Below are positions 11,805 through 25,100 of a stretch of DNA of 64,000 nucleotides, one piece after another. The notes beneath the pieces are model-generated. The model was given only the letters and a program-made list of their open reading frames with translations. It made no database searches and had not been told where the DNA came from. Source of the stretch: Eledone cirrhosa (Eukaryota); assembly GCA_964016885.1 (NCBI GenBank), contig OZ024743.1, forward strand, positions 234,360,001 through 234,424,000. Direction: 5' to 3'. Position 1 is the first letter of the stretch. Every line of letters starts with the position of its first letter. The position numbers and the translations under genes were made by a program.

Positions 11805-14800
11805 AAGATATCTCCGTAAAATCAATAGTTGTGGCTGTGGAACCAAACCGTGTTAAACGTCAACAAAGTCCGCCGGCGAATGGTGTGCTTCGAAGAAAAC
11901 GAATCCAAAAATGACGATTTGCCGGCGGAGTTACCTTTTCAATCGCAAACCGGCCGCCCGTGGTCGGATCGATCTGTAATTACTGGTACATGTGCAGACA
12001 CTCATTGGCTATGTGTGGCGTGAATTTCAGCAAGATATCTCCGTAAAATCAATAGTTGTGGCTGTGGAACCAAACCGTGTTAAACGTCAACAAAGTCCGC
12101 CGGCGAATGGTGTGCTTCGAAGAAAACGAATCCAAAAATGACGATTTGCCGGCGGAGTTATCTTTTCAATCGCAAACCGGCCGCCCGTGGTCGGATCGAT
12201 CTGTAATTACTGGTACCTGTGCAGACACTCATTGGCTATGTGTGGCGTGAATTTCAGCAAGATATCTCCGTAAAATCAATAGTTGTGGCTGTGGAACCAA
12301 ACCGTGTTAAACGTCAACAAAGTCAGCCGGCGAATGGTGTGCTTCGAAGAAAACGAATCCAAAAATGACGATTTGCCGGCGGAGCTACCTTTTCAATCGC
12401 AAACCGACCGCCCGTGGTCGGATCGATCTGTAATTACTGGTACATGTGCAGAGACTCATTGGCTATGTGTGGCGTGAATTTCAGCAAGATATCTCCGTGA
12501 AATCAATAGTTGTGGCTGTGGAACCAAACCGGGTTAAACGTCAACAAAGTCCGCCGGCGAATGGTGTGCTTCGAAGAAAACGAATCCAAAAATGACGATT
12601 TGCCGGCGGAGTTACCTTTTCAATCGCGGGCCGGCCGCCCGTGGTCGGATCGATCTGTAATTACTGGTACATGTGCAGACACTCATTGGCTATGTGTGGC
12701 GTGAATTTCAGCAAGATATCTCCGTAAAATCAATAGTTGTGGCTGTGGAACCAAACCGTGTTAAACGTCAACAAAGTCCGCCGGCGAATGGTGTGCTTCG
12801 AAGAAAACGAATCCAAAAATGACGATTTGCCGGCGGAGTTACCTTTTCAATCGCGGGCCGGCCGCCCGTGGTCGGATCGATCTGTAATTACTGGTACATG
12901 TGCAGACACTCATTGGCTATGTGTGGCGTGAATTTCAGCAAGATATCTCCGTAAAATCAATAGTTGTGGCTGTGGAACCAAACCGTGTTAAACGTCAACA
13001 AAGTCCGCCGGCGAATGGTGTGCTTCGAAGAAAACGAATCCAAAAATGACGATTTGCCGGCGGAGTTACCTTTTCAATCGCGGGCCGGCCGCCCGTGGTC
13101 GGATCGATCTGTAATTACTGGTACATGTGCAGACACTCATTGGCTATGTGTGGCGTGAATTTCAGCAAGATATCTCCGTAAAATCAATAGTTGTGGCTGT
13201 GGAACCAAACCGTGTTAAACGTCAACAAAGTCCGCCGGCGAATGGTGTGCTTCGAAGAAAACGAATCCAAAAATGACGATTTGCCGGCGGAGTTACCTTT
13301 TCAATCGCGGGCCGGCCGCCCGTGGTCGGATCGATCTGTAATTACTGGTACATGTGCAAACACTCATTGGCTATGTGTGGCGTGAATTTCAGCAAGATAT
13401 CTCCGTAAAATCAATAGTTGTGGCTGTGGAACCAAACCGTGTTAAACGTCAACAAAGTCCGCCGGCGAATGGTGTGCTTCGAAGAAAACGAATCCAAAAA
13501 TGACGATTTGCCGGCGGAGTTACCTTTTCAATCGCAAACCGGCCGCCCGTGGTCGGATCGATCTGTAATTACTGGTACATGTGTAGACACTCATTGGCTA
13601 TGTGTGGCGTGAATTTCAGCAAGATATCTCCGTAAAATCAATAGTTGTGGCTGTGGAACCAAACCGTGTTAAACGTCAACAAAGTCCGCCGGCGAATGGT
13701 GTGCTTCGAAGAAAACGAATCCAAAAATGACGATTTGCCGGCGGAGTTATCTTTTCAATCGCAAACCGGCCGCCCGTGGTCGGATCGATCTGTAATTACT
13801 GGTACCTGTGCAGACACTCATTGGCTATGTGTGGCGTGAATTTCAGCAAGATATCTCCGTAAAATCAATAGTTGTGGCTGTGGAACCAAACCGTGTTAAA
13901 CGTCAACAAAGTCAGCCGGCGAATGGTGTGCTTCGAAGAAAACGAATCCAAAAATGACGATTTGCCGGCGGAGTTACCTTTTCAATCGCAAACCGACCGC
14001 CCGTGGTCGGATCGATCTGTAATTACTGGTACATGTGCAGAGACTCATTGGCTATGTGTGGCGTGAATTTCAGCAAGATATCTCCGTGAAATCAATAGTT
14101 GTGGCTGTGGAACCAAACCGGGTTAAACGTCAACAAAGTCCGCCGGCGAATGGTGTGCTTCGAAGAAAACGAATCCAAAAATGACGATTTGCCGGCGGAG
14201 TTACCTTTTCAATCGCGGGCCGGCCGCCCGTGGTCGGATCGATCTGTAATTACTGGTACATGTGCAGACACTCATTGGCTATGTGTGGCGTGAATTTCAG
14301 CAAGATATCTCCGTAAAATCAATAGTTGTGGCTGTGGAACCAAACCGTGTTAAACGTCAACAAAGTCCGCCGGCGAATGGTGTGCTTCGAAGAAAACGAA
14401 TCCAAAAATGACGATTTGCCGGCGGAGTTACCTTTTCAATCGCGGGCCGGCCACCCGTGGTCGGATCGATCTGTAATTACTGGTACATGTGCAGACACTC
14501 ATTGGCTATGTGTGGCGTGAATTTCAGCAAGATATCTCCGTAAAATCAATAGTTGTGGCTGTGGAACCAAACCGTGTTAAACGTCAACAAAGTCCGCCGG
14601 CGAATGGTGTGCTTCGAAGAAAACGAATCCAAAAATGACGATTTGCCGGCGGAGTTACCTTTTCAATCGCAAACCGGCCGCCCGTGGTCGGATCGATCTG
14701 TAATTACTGGTACATGTGCAGACACTCATTGGCTATGTGTGGCGTGAATTTCAGCAAGATATCTCCGTAAAATCAATAGTTGTGGCTGTGGAACCAAACC

Positions 14801-16117
14801 GTGTTAAACGTCAACAAAGTCCGCCGGCGAATGGTGTGCTTCGAAGAAAACGAATCCAAAAATGACGATTTGCCGGCGGAGTTACCTTTTCAATCGCGGG
14901 CCGGCCGCCCGTGGTCGGATCGATCTGTAATTACTGGTACATGTGCAGACACTCATTGGCTATGTGTGGCTTGAATTTCAGCAAGATATCTCCGTAAAAT
15001 CAATAGTTGTGGCTGTGGAACCAAACCGTGTTAAACGTCAACAAAGTCCGCCGGCGAATGGTGTGCTTCGAAGAAAACGAATCCAAAAATGACGATTTGC
15101 CGGCGGAGTTACCTTTTCAATCGCGGGCCGGCCGCCCGTGGTCGGATCGATCTGTAATTACTGGTACATGTGCAGACACTCATTGGCTATGTGTGGCGTG
15201 AATTTCAGCAAGATATCTCCGTAAAATCAATAGTTGTGGCTGTGGAACCAAACCGTGTTAAACGTCAACAAAGTCCGCCGGCGAATGGTGTGCTTCGAAG
15301 AAAACGAATCCAAAAATGACGATTTGCCGGCGGAGTTACCTTTTCAATCGCGGGCCGGCCACCCGTGGTCGGATCGATCTGTAATTACTGGTACATGTGC
15401 AGACACTCATTGGCTATGTGTGGCGTGAATTTCAGCAAGATATCTCCGTAAAATCAATAGTTGTGGCTGTGGAACCAAACCGTGTTAAACGTCAACAAAG
15501 TCCGCCGGCGAATGGTGTGCTTCGAAGAAAACGAATCCAAAAATGACGATTTGCCGGCGGAGTTACCTTTTCAATCGCAAACCGGCCGCCCGTGGTCGGA
15601 TCGATCTGTAATTACTGGTACATGTGCAGACACTCATTGGCTATGTGTGGCGTGAATTTCAGCAAGATATCTCCGTAAAATCAATAGTTGTGGCTGTGGA
15701 ACCAAACCGTGTTAAACGTCAACAAAGTCCGCCGGCGAATGGTGTGCTTCGAAGAAAACGAATCCAAAAATGACGATTTGCCGGCGGAGTTACCTTTTCA
15801 ATCGCGGGCCGGCCGCCCGTGGTCGGATCGATCTGTAATTACTGGTACATGTGCAGACACTCATTGGCTATGTGTGGCTTGAATTTCAGCAAGATATCTC
15901 CGTAAAATCAATAGTTGTGGCTGTGGAACCAAACCGTGTTAAACGTCAACAAAGTCCGCCGGCGAATGGTGTGCTTCGAAGAAAACGAATCCAAAAATGA
16001 CGATTTGCCGGCGGAGTTACCTTTTCAATCGCGGGCCGGCCGCCCGTGGTCGGATCGATCTGTAATTACTGGTACATGTGCAGACACTCATTGGCTATGT
16101 GTGGCGTGAATTTCAGC
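11805..16117. repeat. 19-monomer higher-order repeat (4313 bp), copy 2
   Basis: Same order of variants as 7492-11804. The only difference I noticed is T127C at 12385. Confidence 0.92.
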
Positions 16118-19100
16118 AAGATATCTCCGTAAAATCAATAGTTGTGGCTGTGGAACCAAACCGTGTTAAACGTCAACAAAGTCCGCCGGCGAATGGTGTG
16201 CTTCGAAGAAAACGAATCCAAAAATGACGATTTGCCGGCGGAGTTACCTTTTCAATCGCAAACCGGCCGCCCGTGGTCGGATCGATCTGTAATTACTGGT
16301 ACATGTGCAGACACTCATTGGCTATGTGTGGCGTGAATTTCAGCAAGATATCTCCGTAAAATCAATAGTTGTGGCTGTGGAACCAAACCGTGTTAAACGT
16401 CAACAAAGTCCGCCGGCGAATGGTGTGCTTCGAAGAAAACGAATCCAAAAATGACGATTTGCCGGCGGAGTTACCTTTTCAATCGCAAACCGGCCGCCCG
16501 TGGTCGGATCGATCTGTAATTACTGGTACCTGTGCAGACACTCATTGGCTATGTGTGGCGTGAATTTCAGCAAGATATCTCCGTAAAATCAATAGTTGTG
16601 GCTGTGGAACCAAACCGTGTTAAACGTCAACAAAGTCAGCCGGCGAATGGTGTGCTTCGAAGAAAACGAATCCAAAAATGACGATTTGCCGGCGGAGTTA
16701 CCTTTTCAATCGCAAACCGACCGCCCGTGGTCGGATCGATCTGTAATTACTGGTACATGTGCAGAGACTCATTGGCTATGTGTGGCGTGAATTTCAGCAA
16801 GATATCTCCGTGAAATCAATAGTTGTGGCTGTGGAACCAAACCGGGTTAAACGTCAACAAAGTCCGCCGGCGAATGGTGTGCTTCGAAGAAAACGAATCC
16901 AAAAATGACGATTTGCCGGCGGAGTTACCTTTTCAATCGCGGGCCGGCCGCCCGTGGTCGGATCGATCTGTAATTACTGGTACATGTGCAGACACTCATT
17001 GGCTATGTGTGGCGTGAATTTCAGCAAGATATCTCCGTAAAATCAATAGTTGTGGCTGTGGAACCAAACCGTGTTAAACGTCAACAAAGTCCGCCGGCGA
17101 ATGGTGTGCTTCGAAGAAAACGAATCCAAAAATGACGATTTGCCGGCGGAGTTACCTTTTCAATCGCGGGCCGGCCGCCCGTGGTCGGATCGATCTGTAA
17201 TTACTGGTACATGTGCAGACACTCATTGGCTATGTGTGGCGTGAATTTCAGCAAGATATCTCCGTAAAATCAATAGTTGTGGCTGTGGAACCAAACCGTG
17301 TTAAACGTCAACAAAGTCCGCCGGCGAATGGTGTGCTTCGAAGAAAACGAATCCAAAAATGACGATTTGCCGGCGGAGTTACCTTTTCAATCGCGGGCCG
17401 GCCGCCCGTGGTCGGATCGATCTGTAATTACTGGTACATGTGCAGACACTCATTGGCTATGTGTGGCGTGAATTTCAGCAAGATATCTCCGTAAAATCAA
17501 TAGTTGTGGCTGTGGAACCAAACCGTGTTAAACGTCAACAAAGTCCGCCGGCGAATGGTGTGCTTCGAAGAAAACGAATCCAAAAATGACGATTTGCCGG
17601 CGGAGTTACCTTTTCAATCGCGGGCCGGCCGCCCGTGGTCGGATCGATCTGTAATTACTGGTACATGTGCAAACACTCATTGGCTATGTGTGGCGTGAAT
17701 TTCAGCAAGATATCTCCGTAAAATCAATAGTTGTGGCTGTGGAACCAAACCGTGTTAAACGTCAACAAAGTCCGCCGGCGAATGGTGTGCTTCGAAGAAA
17801 ACGAATCCAAAAATGACGATTTGCCGGCGGAGTTACCTTTTCAATCGCAAACCGGCCGCCCGTGGTCGGATCGATCTGTAATTACTGGTACATGTGTAGA
17901 CACTCATTGGCTATGTGTGGCGTGAATTTCAGCAAGATATCTCCGTAAAATCAATAGTTGTGGCTGTGGAACCAAACCGTGTTAAACGTCAACAAAGTCC
18001 GCCGGCGAATGGTGTGCTTCGAAGAAAACGAATCCAAAAATGACGATTTGCCGGCGGAGTTATCTTTTCAATCGCAAACCGGCCGCCCGTGGTCGGATCG
18101 ATCTGTAATTACTGGTACATGTGTAGACACTCATTGGCTATGTGTGGCGTGAATTTCAGCAAGATATCTCCGTGAAATCAATAGTTGTGGCTGTGGAACC
18201 AAACCGGGTTAAACGTCAACAAAGTCCGCCGGCGAATGGTGTGCTTCGAAGAAAACGAATCCAAAAATGACGATTTGCCGGCGGAGTTACCTTTTCAATC
18301 GCGGGCCGGCCGCCCGTGGTCGGATCGATCTGTAATTACTGGTACATGTGCAGACACTCATTGGCTATGTGTGGCGTGAATTTCAGCAAGATATCTCCGT
18401 AAAATCAATAGTTGTGGCTGTGGAACCAAACCGTGTTAAACGTCAACAAAGTCCGCCGGCGAATGGTGTGCTTCGAAGAAAACGAATCCAAAAATGACGA
18501 TTTGCCGGCGGAGTTACCTTTTCAATCGCGGGCCGGCCACCCGTGGTCGGATCGATCTGTAATTACTGGTACATGTGCAGACACTCATTGGCTATGTGTG
18601 GCGTGAATTTCAGCAAGATATCTCCGTAAAATCAATAGTTGTGGCTGTGGAACCAAACCGTGTTAAACGTCAACAAAGTCCGCCGGCGAATGGTGTGCTT
18701 CGAAGAAAACGAATCCAAAAATGACGATTTGCCGGCGGAGTTACCTTTTCAATCGCAAACCGGCCGCCCGTGGTCGGATCGATCTGTAATTACTGGTACA
18801 TGTGTAGACACTCATTGGCTATGTGTGGCGTGAATTTCAGCAAGATATCTCCGTAAAATCAATAGTTGTGGCTGTGGAACCAAACCGTGTTAAACGTCAA
18901 CAAAGTCCGCCGGCGAATGGTGTGCTTCGAAGAAAACGAATCCAAAAATGACGATTTGCCGGCGGAGTTATCTTTTCAATCGCAAACCGGCCGCCCGTGG
19001 TCGGATCGATCTGTAATTACTGGTACCTGTGCAGACACTCATTGGCTATGTGTGGCGTGAATTTCAGCAAGATATCTCCGTAAAATCAATAGTTGTGGCT

Positions 19101-22100
19101 GTGGAACCAAACCGTGTTAAACGTCAACAAAGTCAGCCGGCGAATGGTGTGCTTCGAAGAAAACGAATCCAAAAATGACGATTTGCCGGCGGAGTTACCT
19201 TTTCAATCGCAAACCGACCGCCCGTGGTCGGATCGATCTGTAATTACTGGTACATGTGCAGAGACTCATTGGCTATGTGTGGCGTGAATTTCAGCAAGAT
19301 ATCTCCGTGAAATCAATAGTTGTGGCTGTGGAACCAAACCGGGTTAAACGTCAACAAAGTCCGCCGGCGAATGGTGTGCTTCGAAGAAAACGAATCCAAA
19401 AAGGACGATTTGCCGGCGGAGTTACCTTTTCAATCGCGGGCCGGCCGCCCGTGGTCGGATCGATCTGTAATTACTGGTACATGTGCAGACACTCATTGGC
19501 TATGTGTGGCGTGAATTTCAGCAAGATATCTCCGTAAAATCAATAGTTGTGGCTGTGGAACCAAACCGTGTTAAACGTCAACAAAGTCCGCCGGCGAATG
19601 GTGTGCTTCGAAGAAAACGAATCCAAAAATGACGATTTGCCGGCGGAGTTACCTTTTCAATCGCGGGCCGGCCACCCGTGGTCGGATCGATCTGTAATTA
19701 CTGGTACATGTGCAGACACTCATTGGCTATGTGTGGCGTGAATTTCAGCAAGATATCTCCGTAAAATCAATAGTTGTGGCTGTGGAACCAAACCGTGTTA
19801 AACGTCAACAAAGTCCGCCGGCGAATGGTGTGCTTCGAAGAAAACGAATCCAAAAATGACGATTTGCCGGCGGAGTTACCTTTTCAATCGCAAACCGGCC
19901 GCCCGTGGTCGGATCGATCTGTAATTACTGGTACATGTGCAGACACTCATTGGCTATGTGTGGCGTGAATTTCAGCAAGATATCTCCGTAAAATCAATAG
20001 TTGTGGCTGTGGAACCAAACCGTGTTAAACGTCAACAAAGTCCGCCGGCGAATGGTGTGCTTCGAAGAAAACGAATCCAAAAATGACGATTTGCCGGCGG
20101 AGTTACCTTTTCAATCGCGGGCCGGCCGCCCGTGGTCGGATCGATCTGTAATTACTGGTACATGTGCAGACACTCATTGGCTATGTGTGGCTTGAATTTC
20201 AGCAAGATATCTCCGTAAAATCAATAGTTGTGGCTGTGGAACCAAACCGTGTTAAACGTCAACAAAGTCCGCCGGCGAATGGTGTGCTTCGAAGAAAACG
20301 AATCCAAAAATGACGATTTGCCGGCGGAGTTACCTTTTCAATCGCGGGCCGGCCGCCCGTGGTCGGATCGATCTGTAATTACTGGTACATGTGCAGACAC
20401 TCATTGGCTATGTGTGGCGTGAATTTCAGCAAGATATCTCCGTAAAATCAATAGTTGTGGCTGTGGAACCAAACCGTGTTAAACGTCAACAAAGTCCGCC
20501 GGCGAATGGTGTGCTTCGAAGAAAACGAATCCAAAAATGACGATTTGCCGGCGGAGTTACCTTTTCAATCGCGGGCCGGCCACCCGTGGTCGGATCGATC
20601 TGTAATTACTGGTACATGTGCAGACACTCATTGGCTATGTGTGGCGTGAATTTCAGCAAGATATCTCCGTAAAATCAATAGTTGTGGCTGTGGAACCAAA
20701 CCGTGTTAAACGTCAACAAAGTCCGCCGGCGAATGGTGTGCTTCGAAGAAAACGAATCCAAAAATGACGATTTGCCGGCGGAGTTACCTTTTCAATCGCA
20801 AACCGGCCGCCCGTGGTCGGATCGATCTGTAATTACTGGTACATGTGCAGACACTCATTGGCTATGTGTGGCGTGAATTTCAGCAAGATATCTCCGTAAA
20901 ATCAATAGTTGTGGCTGTGGAACCAAACCGTGTTAAACGTCAACAAAGTCCGCCGGCGAATGGTGTGCTTCGAAGAAAACGAATCCAAAAATGACGATTT
21001 GCCGGCGGAGTTACCTTTTCAATCGCGGGCCGGCCGCCCGTGGTCGGATCGATCTGTAATTACTGGTACATGTGCAGACACTCATTGGCTATGTGTGGCT
21101 TGAATTTCAGCAAGATATCTCCGTAAAATCAATAGTTGTGGCTGTGGAACCAAACCGTGTTAAACGTCAACAAAGTCCGCCGGCGAATGGTGTGCTTCGA
21201 AGAAAACGAATCCAAAAATGACGATTTGCCGGCGGAGTTACCTTTTCAATCGCGGGCCGGCCGCCCGTGGTCGGATCGATCTGTAATTACTGGTACATGT
21301 GCAGACACTCATTGGCTATGTGTGGCGTGAATTTCAGCAAGATATCTCCGTAAAATCAATAGTTGTGGCTGTGGAACCAAACCGTGTTAAACGTCAACAA
21401 AGTCCGCCGGCGAATGGTGTGCTTCGAAGAAAACGAATCCAAAAATGACGATTTGCCGGCGGAGTTACCTTTTCAATCGCAAACCGGCCGCCCGTGGTCG
21501 GATCGATCTGTAATTACTGGTACATGTGCAGACACTCATTGGCTATGTGTGGCGTGAATTTCAGCAAGATATCTCCGTAAAATCAATAGTTGTGGCTGTG
21601 GAACCAAACCGTGTTAAACGTCAACAAAGTCCGCCGGCGAATGGTGTGCTTCGAAGAAAACGAATCCAAAAATGACGATTTGCCGGCGGAGTTACCTTTT
21701 CAATCGCAAACCGGCCGCCCGTGGTCGGATCGATCTGTAATTACTGGTACCTGTGCAGACACTCATTGGCTATGTGTGGCGTGAATTTCAGCAAGATATC
21801 TCCGTAAAATCAATAGTTGTGGCTGTGGAACCAAACCGTGTTAAACGTCAACAAAGTCAGCCGGCGAATGGTGTGCTTCGAAGAAAACGAATCCAAAAAT
21901 GACGATTTGCCGGCGGAGTTACCTTTTCAATCGCAAACCGACCGCCCGTGGTCGGATCGATCTGTAATTACTGGTACATGTGCAGAGACTCATTGGCTAT
22001 GTGTGGCGTGAATTTCAGCAAGATATCTCCGTGAAATCAATAGTTGTGGCTGTGGAACCAAACCGGGTTAAACGTCAACAAAGTCCGCCGGCGAATGGTG

Positions 22101-25100
22101 TGCTTCGAAGAAAACGAATCCAAAAATGACGATTTGCCGGCGGAGTTACCTTTTCAATCGCGGGCCGGCCGCCCGTGGTCGGATCGATCTGTAATTACTG
22201 GTACATGTGCAGACACTCATTGGCTATGTGTGGCGTGAATTTCAGCAAGATATCTCCGTAAAATCAATAGTTGTGGCTGTGGAACCAAACCGTGTTAAAC
22301 GTCAACAAAGTCCGCCGGCGAATGGTGTGCTTCGAAGAAAACGAATCCAAAAATGACGATTTGCCGGCGGAGTTACCTTTTCAATCGCGGGCCGGCCGCC
22401 CGTGGTCGGATCGATCTGTAATTACTGGTACATGTGCAGACACTCATTGGCTATGTGTGGCGTGAATTTCAGCAAGATATCTCCGTAAAATCAATAGTTG
22501 TGGCTGTGGAACCAAACCGTGTTAAACGTCAACAAAGTCCGCCGGCGAATGGTGTGCTTCGAAGAAAACGAATCCAAAAATGACGATTTGCCGGCGGAGT
22601 TACCTTTTCAATCGCGGGCCGGCCGCCCGTGGTCGGATCGATCTGTAATTACTGGTACATGTGCAGACACTCATTGGCTATGTGTGGCGTGAATTTCAGC
22701 AAGATATCTCCGTAAAATCAATAGTTGTGGCTGTGGAACCAAACCGTGTTAAACGTCAACAAAGTCCGCCGGCGAATGGTGTGCTTCGAAGAAAACGAAT
22801 CCAAAAATGACGATTTGCCGGCGGAGTTACCTTTTCAATCGCAAACCGGCCGCCCGTGGTCGGATCGATCTGTAATTACTGGTACCTGTGCAGACACTCA
22901 TTGGCTATGTGTGGCGTGAATTTCAGCAAGATATCTCCGTAAAATCAATAGTTGTGGCTGTGGAACCAAACCGTGTTAAACGTCAACAAAGTCAGCCGGC
23001 GAATGGTGTGCTTCGAAGAAAACGAATCCAAAAATGACGATTTGCCGGCGGAGTTACCTTTTCAATCGCAAACCGACCGCCCGTGGTCGGATCGATCTGT
23101 AATTACTGGTACATGTGCAGACACTCATTGGCTATGTGTGGCGTGAATTTCAGCAAGATATCTCCGTAAAATCAATAGTTGTGGCTGTGGAACCAAACCG
23201 TGTTAAACGTCAACAAAGTCCGCCGGCGAATGGTGTGCTTCGAAGAAAACGAATCCAAAAATGACGATTTGCCGGCGGAGTTACCTTTTCAATCGCGGGC
23301 CGGCCGCCCGTGGTCGGATCGATCTGTAATTACTGGTACATGTGCAGACACTCATTGGCTATGTGTGGCGTGAATTTCAGCAAGATATCTCCGTAAAATC
23401 AATAGTTGTGGCTGTGGAACCAAACCGTGTTAAACGTCAACAAAGTCCGCCGGCGAATGGTGTGCTTCGAAGAAAACGAATCCAAAAATGACGATTTGCC
23501 GGCGGAGTTACCTTTTCAATCGCAAACCGGCCGCCCGTGGTCGGATCGATCTGTAATTACTGGTACCTGTGCAGACACTCATTGGCTATGTGTGGCGTGA
23601 ATTTCAGCAAGATATCTCCGTAAAATCAATAGTTGTGGCTGTGGAACCAAACCGTGTTAAACGTCAACAAAGTCAGCCGGCGAATGGTGTGCTTCGAAGA
23701 AAACGAATCCAAAAATGACGATTTGCCGGCGGAGTTACCTTTTCAATCGCAAACCGACCGCCCGTGGTCGGATCGATCTGTAATTACTGGTACATGTGCA
23801 GAGACTCATTGGCTATGTGTGGCGTGAATTTCAGCAAGATATCTCCGTGAAATCAATAGTTGTGGCTGTGGAACCAAACCGGGTTAAACGTCAACAAAGT
23901 CCGCCGGCGAATGGTGTGCTTCGAAGAAAACGAATCCAAAAATGACGATTTGCCGGCGGAGTTACCTTTTCAATCGCGGGCCGGCCGCCCGTGGTCGGAT
24001 CGATCTGTAATTACTGGTACATGTGCAGACACTCATTGGCTATGTGTGGCGTGAATTTCAGCAAGATATCTCCGTAAAATCAATAGTTGTGGCTGTGGAA
24101 CCAAACCGTGTTAAACGTCAACAAAGTCCGCCGGCGAATGGTGTGCTTCGAAGAAAACGAATCCAAAAATGACGATTTGCCGGCGGAGTTACCTTTTCAA
24201 TCGCGGGCCGGCCGCCCGTGGTCGGATCGATCTGTAATTACTGGTACATGTGCAGACACTCATTGGCTATGTGTGGCGTGAATTTCAGCAAGATATCTCC
24301 GTAAAATCAATAGTTGTGGCTGTGGAACCAAACCGTGTTAAACGTCAACAAAGTCCGCCGGCGAATGGTGTGCTTCGAAGAAAACGAATCCAAAAATGAC
24401 GATTTGCCGGCGGAGTTACCTTTTCAATCGCGGGCCGGCCGCCCGTGGTCGGATCGATCTGTAATTACTGGTACATGTGCAGACACTCATTGGCTATGTG
24501 TGGCGTGAATTTCAGCAAGATATCTCCGTAAAATCAATAGTTGTGGCTGTGGAACCAAACCGTGTTAAACGTCAACAAAGTCCGCCGGCGAATGGTGTGC
24601 TTCGAAGAAAACGAATCCAAAAATGACGATTTGCCGGCGGAGTTACCTTTTCAATCGCGGGCCGGCCGCCCGTGGTCGGATCGATCTGTAATTACTGGTA
24701 CATGTGCAAACACTCATTGGCTATGTGTGGCGTGAATTTCAGCAAGATATCTCCGTAAAATCAATAGTTGTGGCTGTGGAACCAAACCGTGTTAAACGTC
24801 AACAAAGTCCGCCGGCGAATGGTGTGCTTCGAAGAAAACGAATCCAAAAATGACGATTTGCCGGCGGAGTTACCTTTTCAATCGCAAACCGGCCGCCCGT
24901 GGTCGGATCGATCTGTAATTACTGGTACATGTGTAGACACTCATTGGCTATGTGTGGCGTGAATTTCAGCAAGATATCTCCGTAAAATCAATAGTTGTGG
25001 CTGTGGAACCAAACCGTGTTAAACGTCAACAAAGTCCGCCGGCGAATGGTGTGCTTCGAAGAAAACGAATCCAAAAATGACGATTTGCCGGCGGAGTTAT

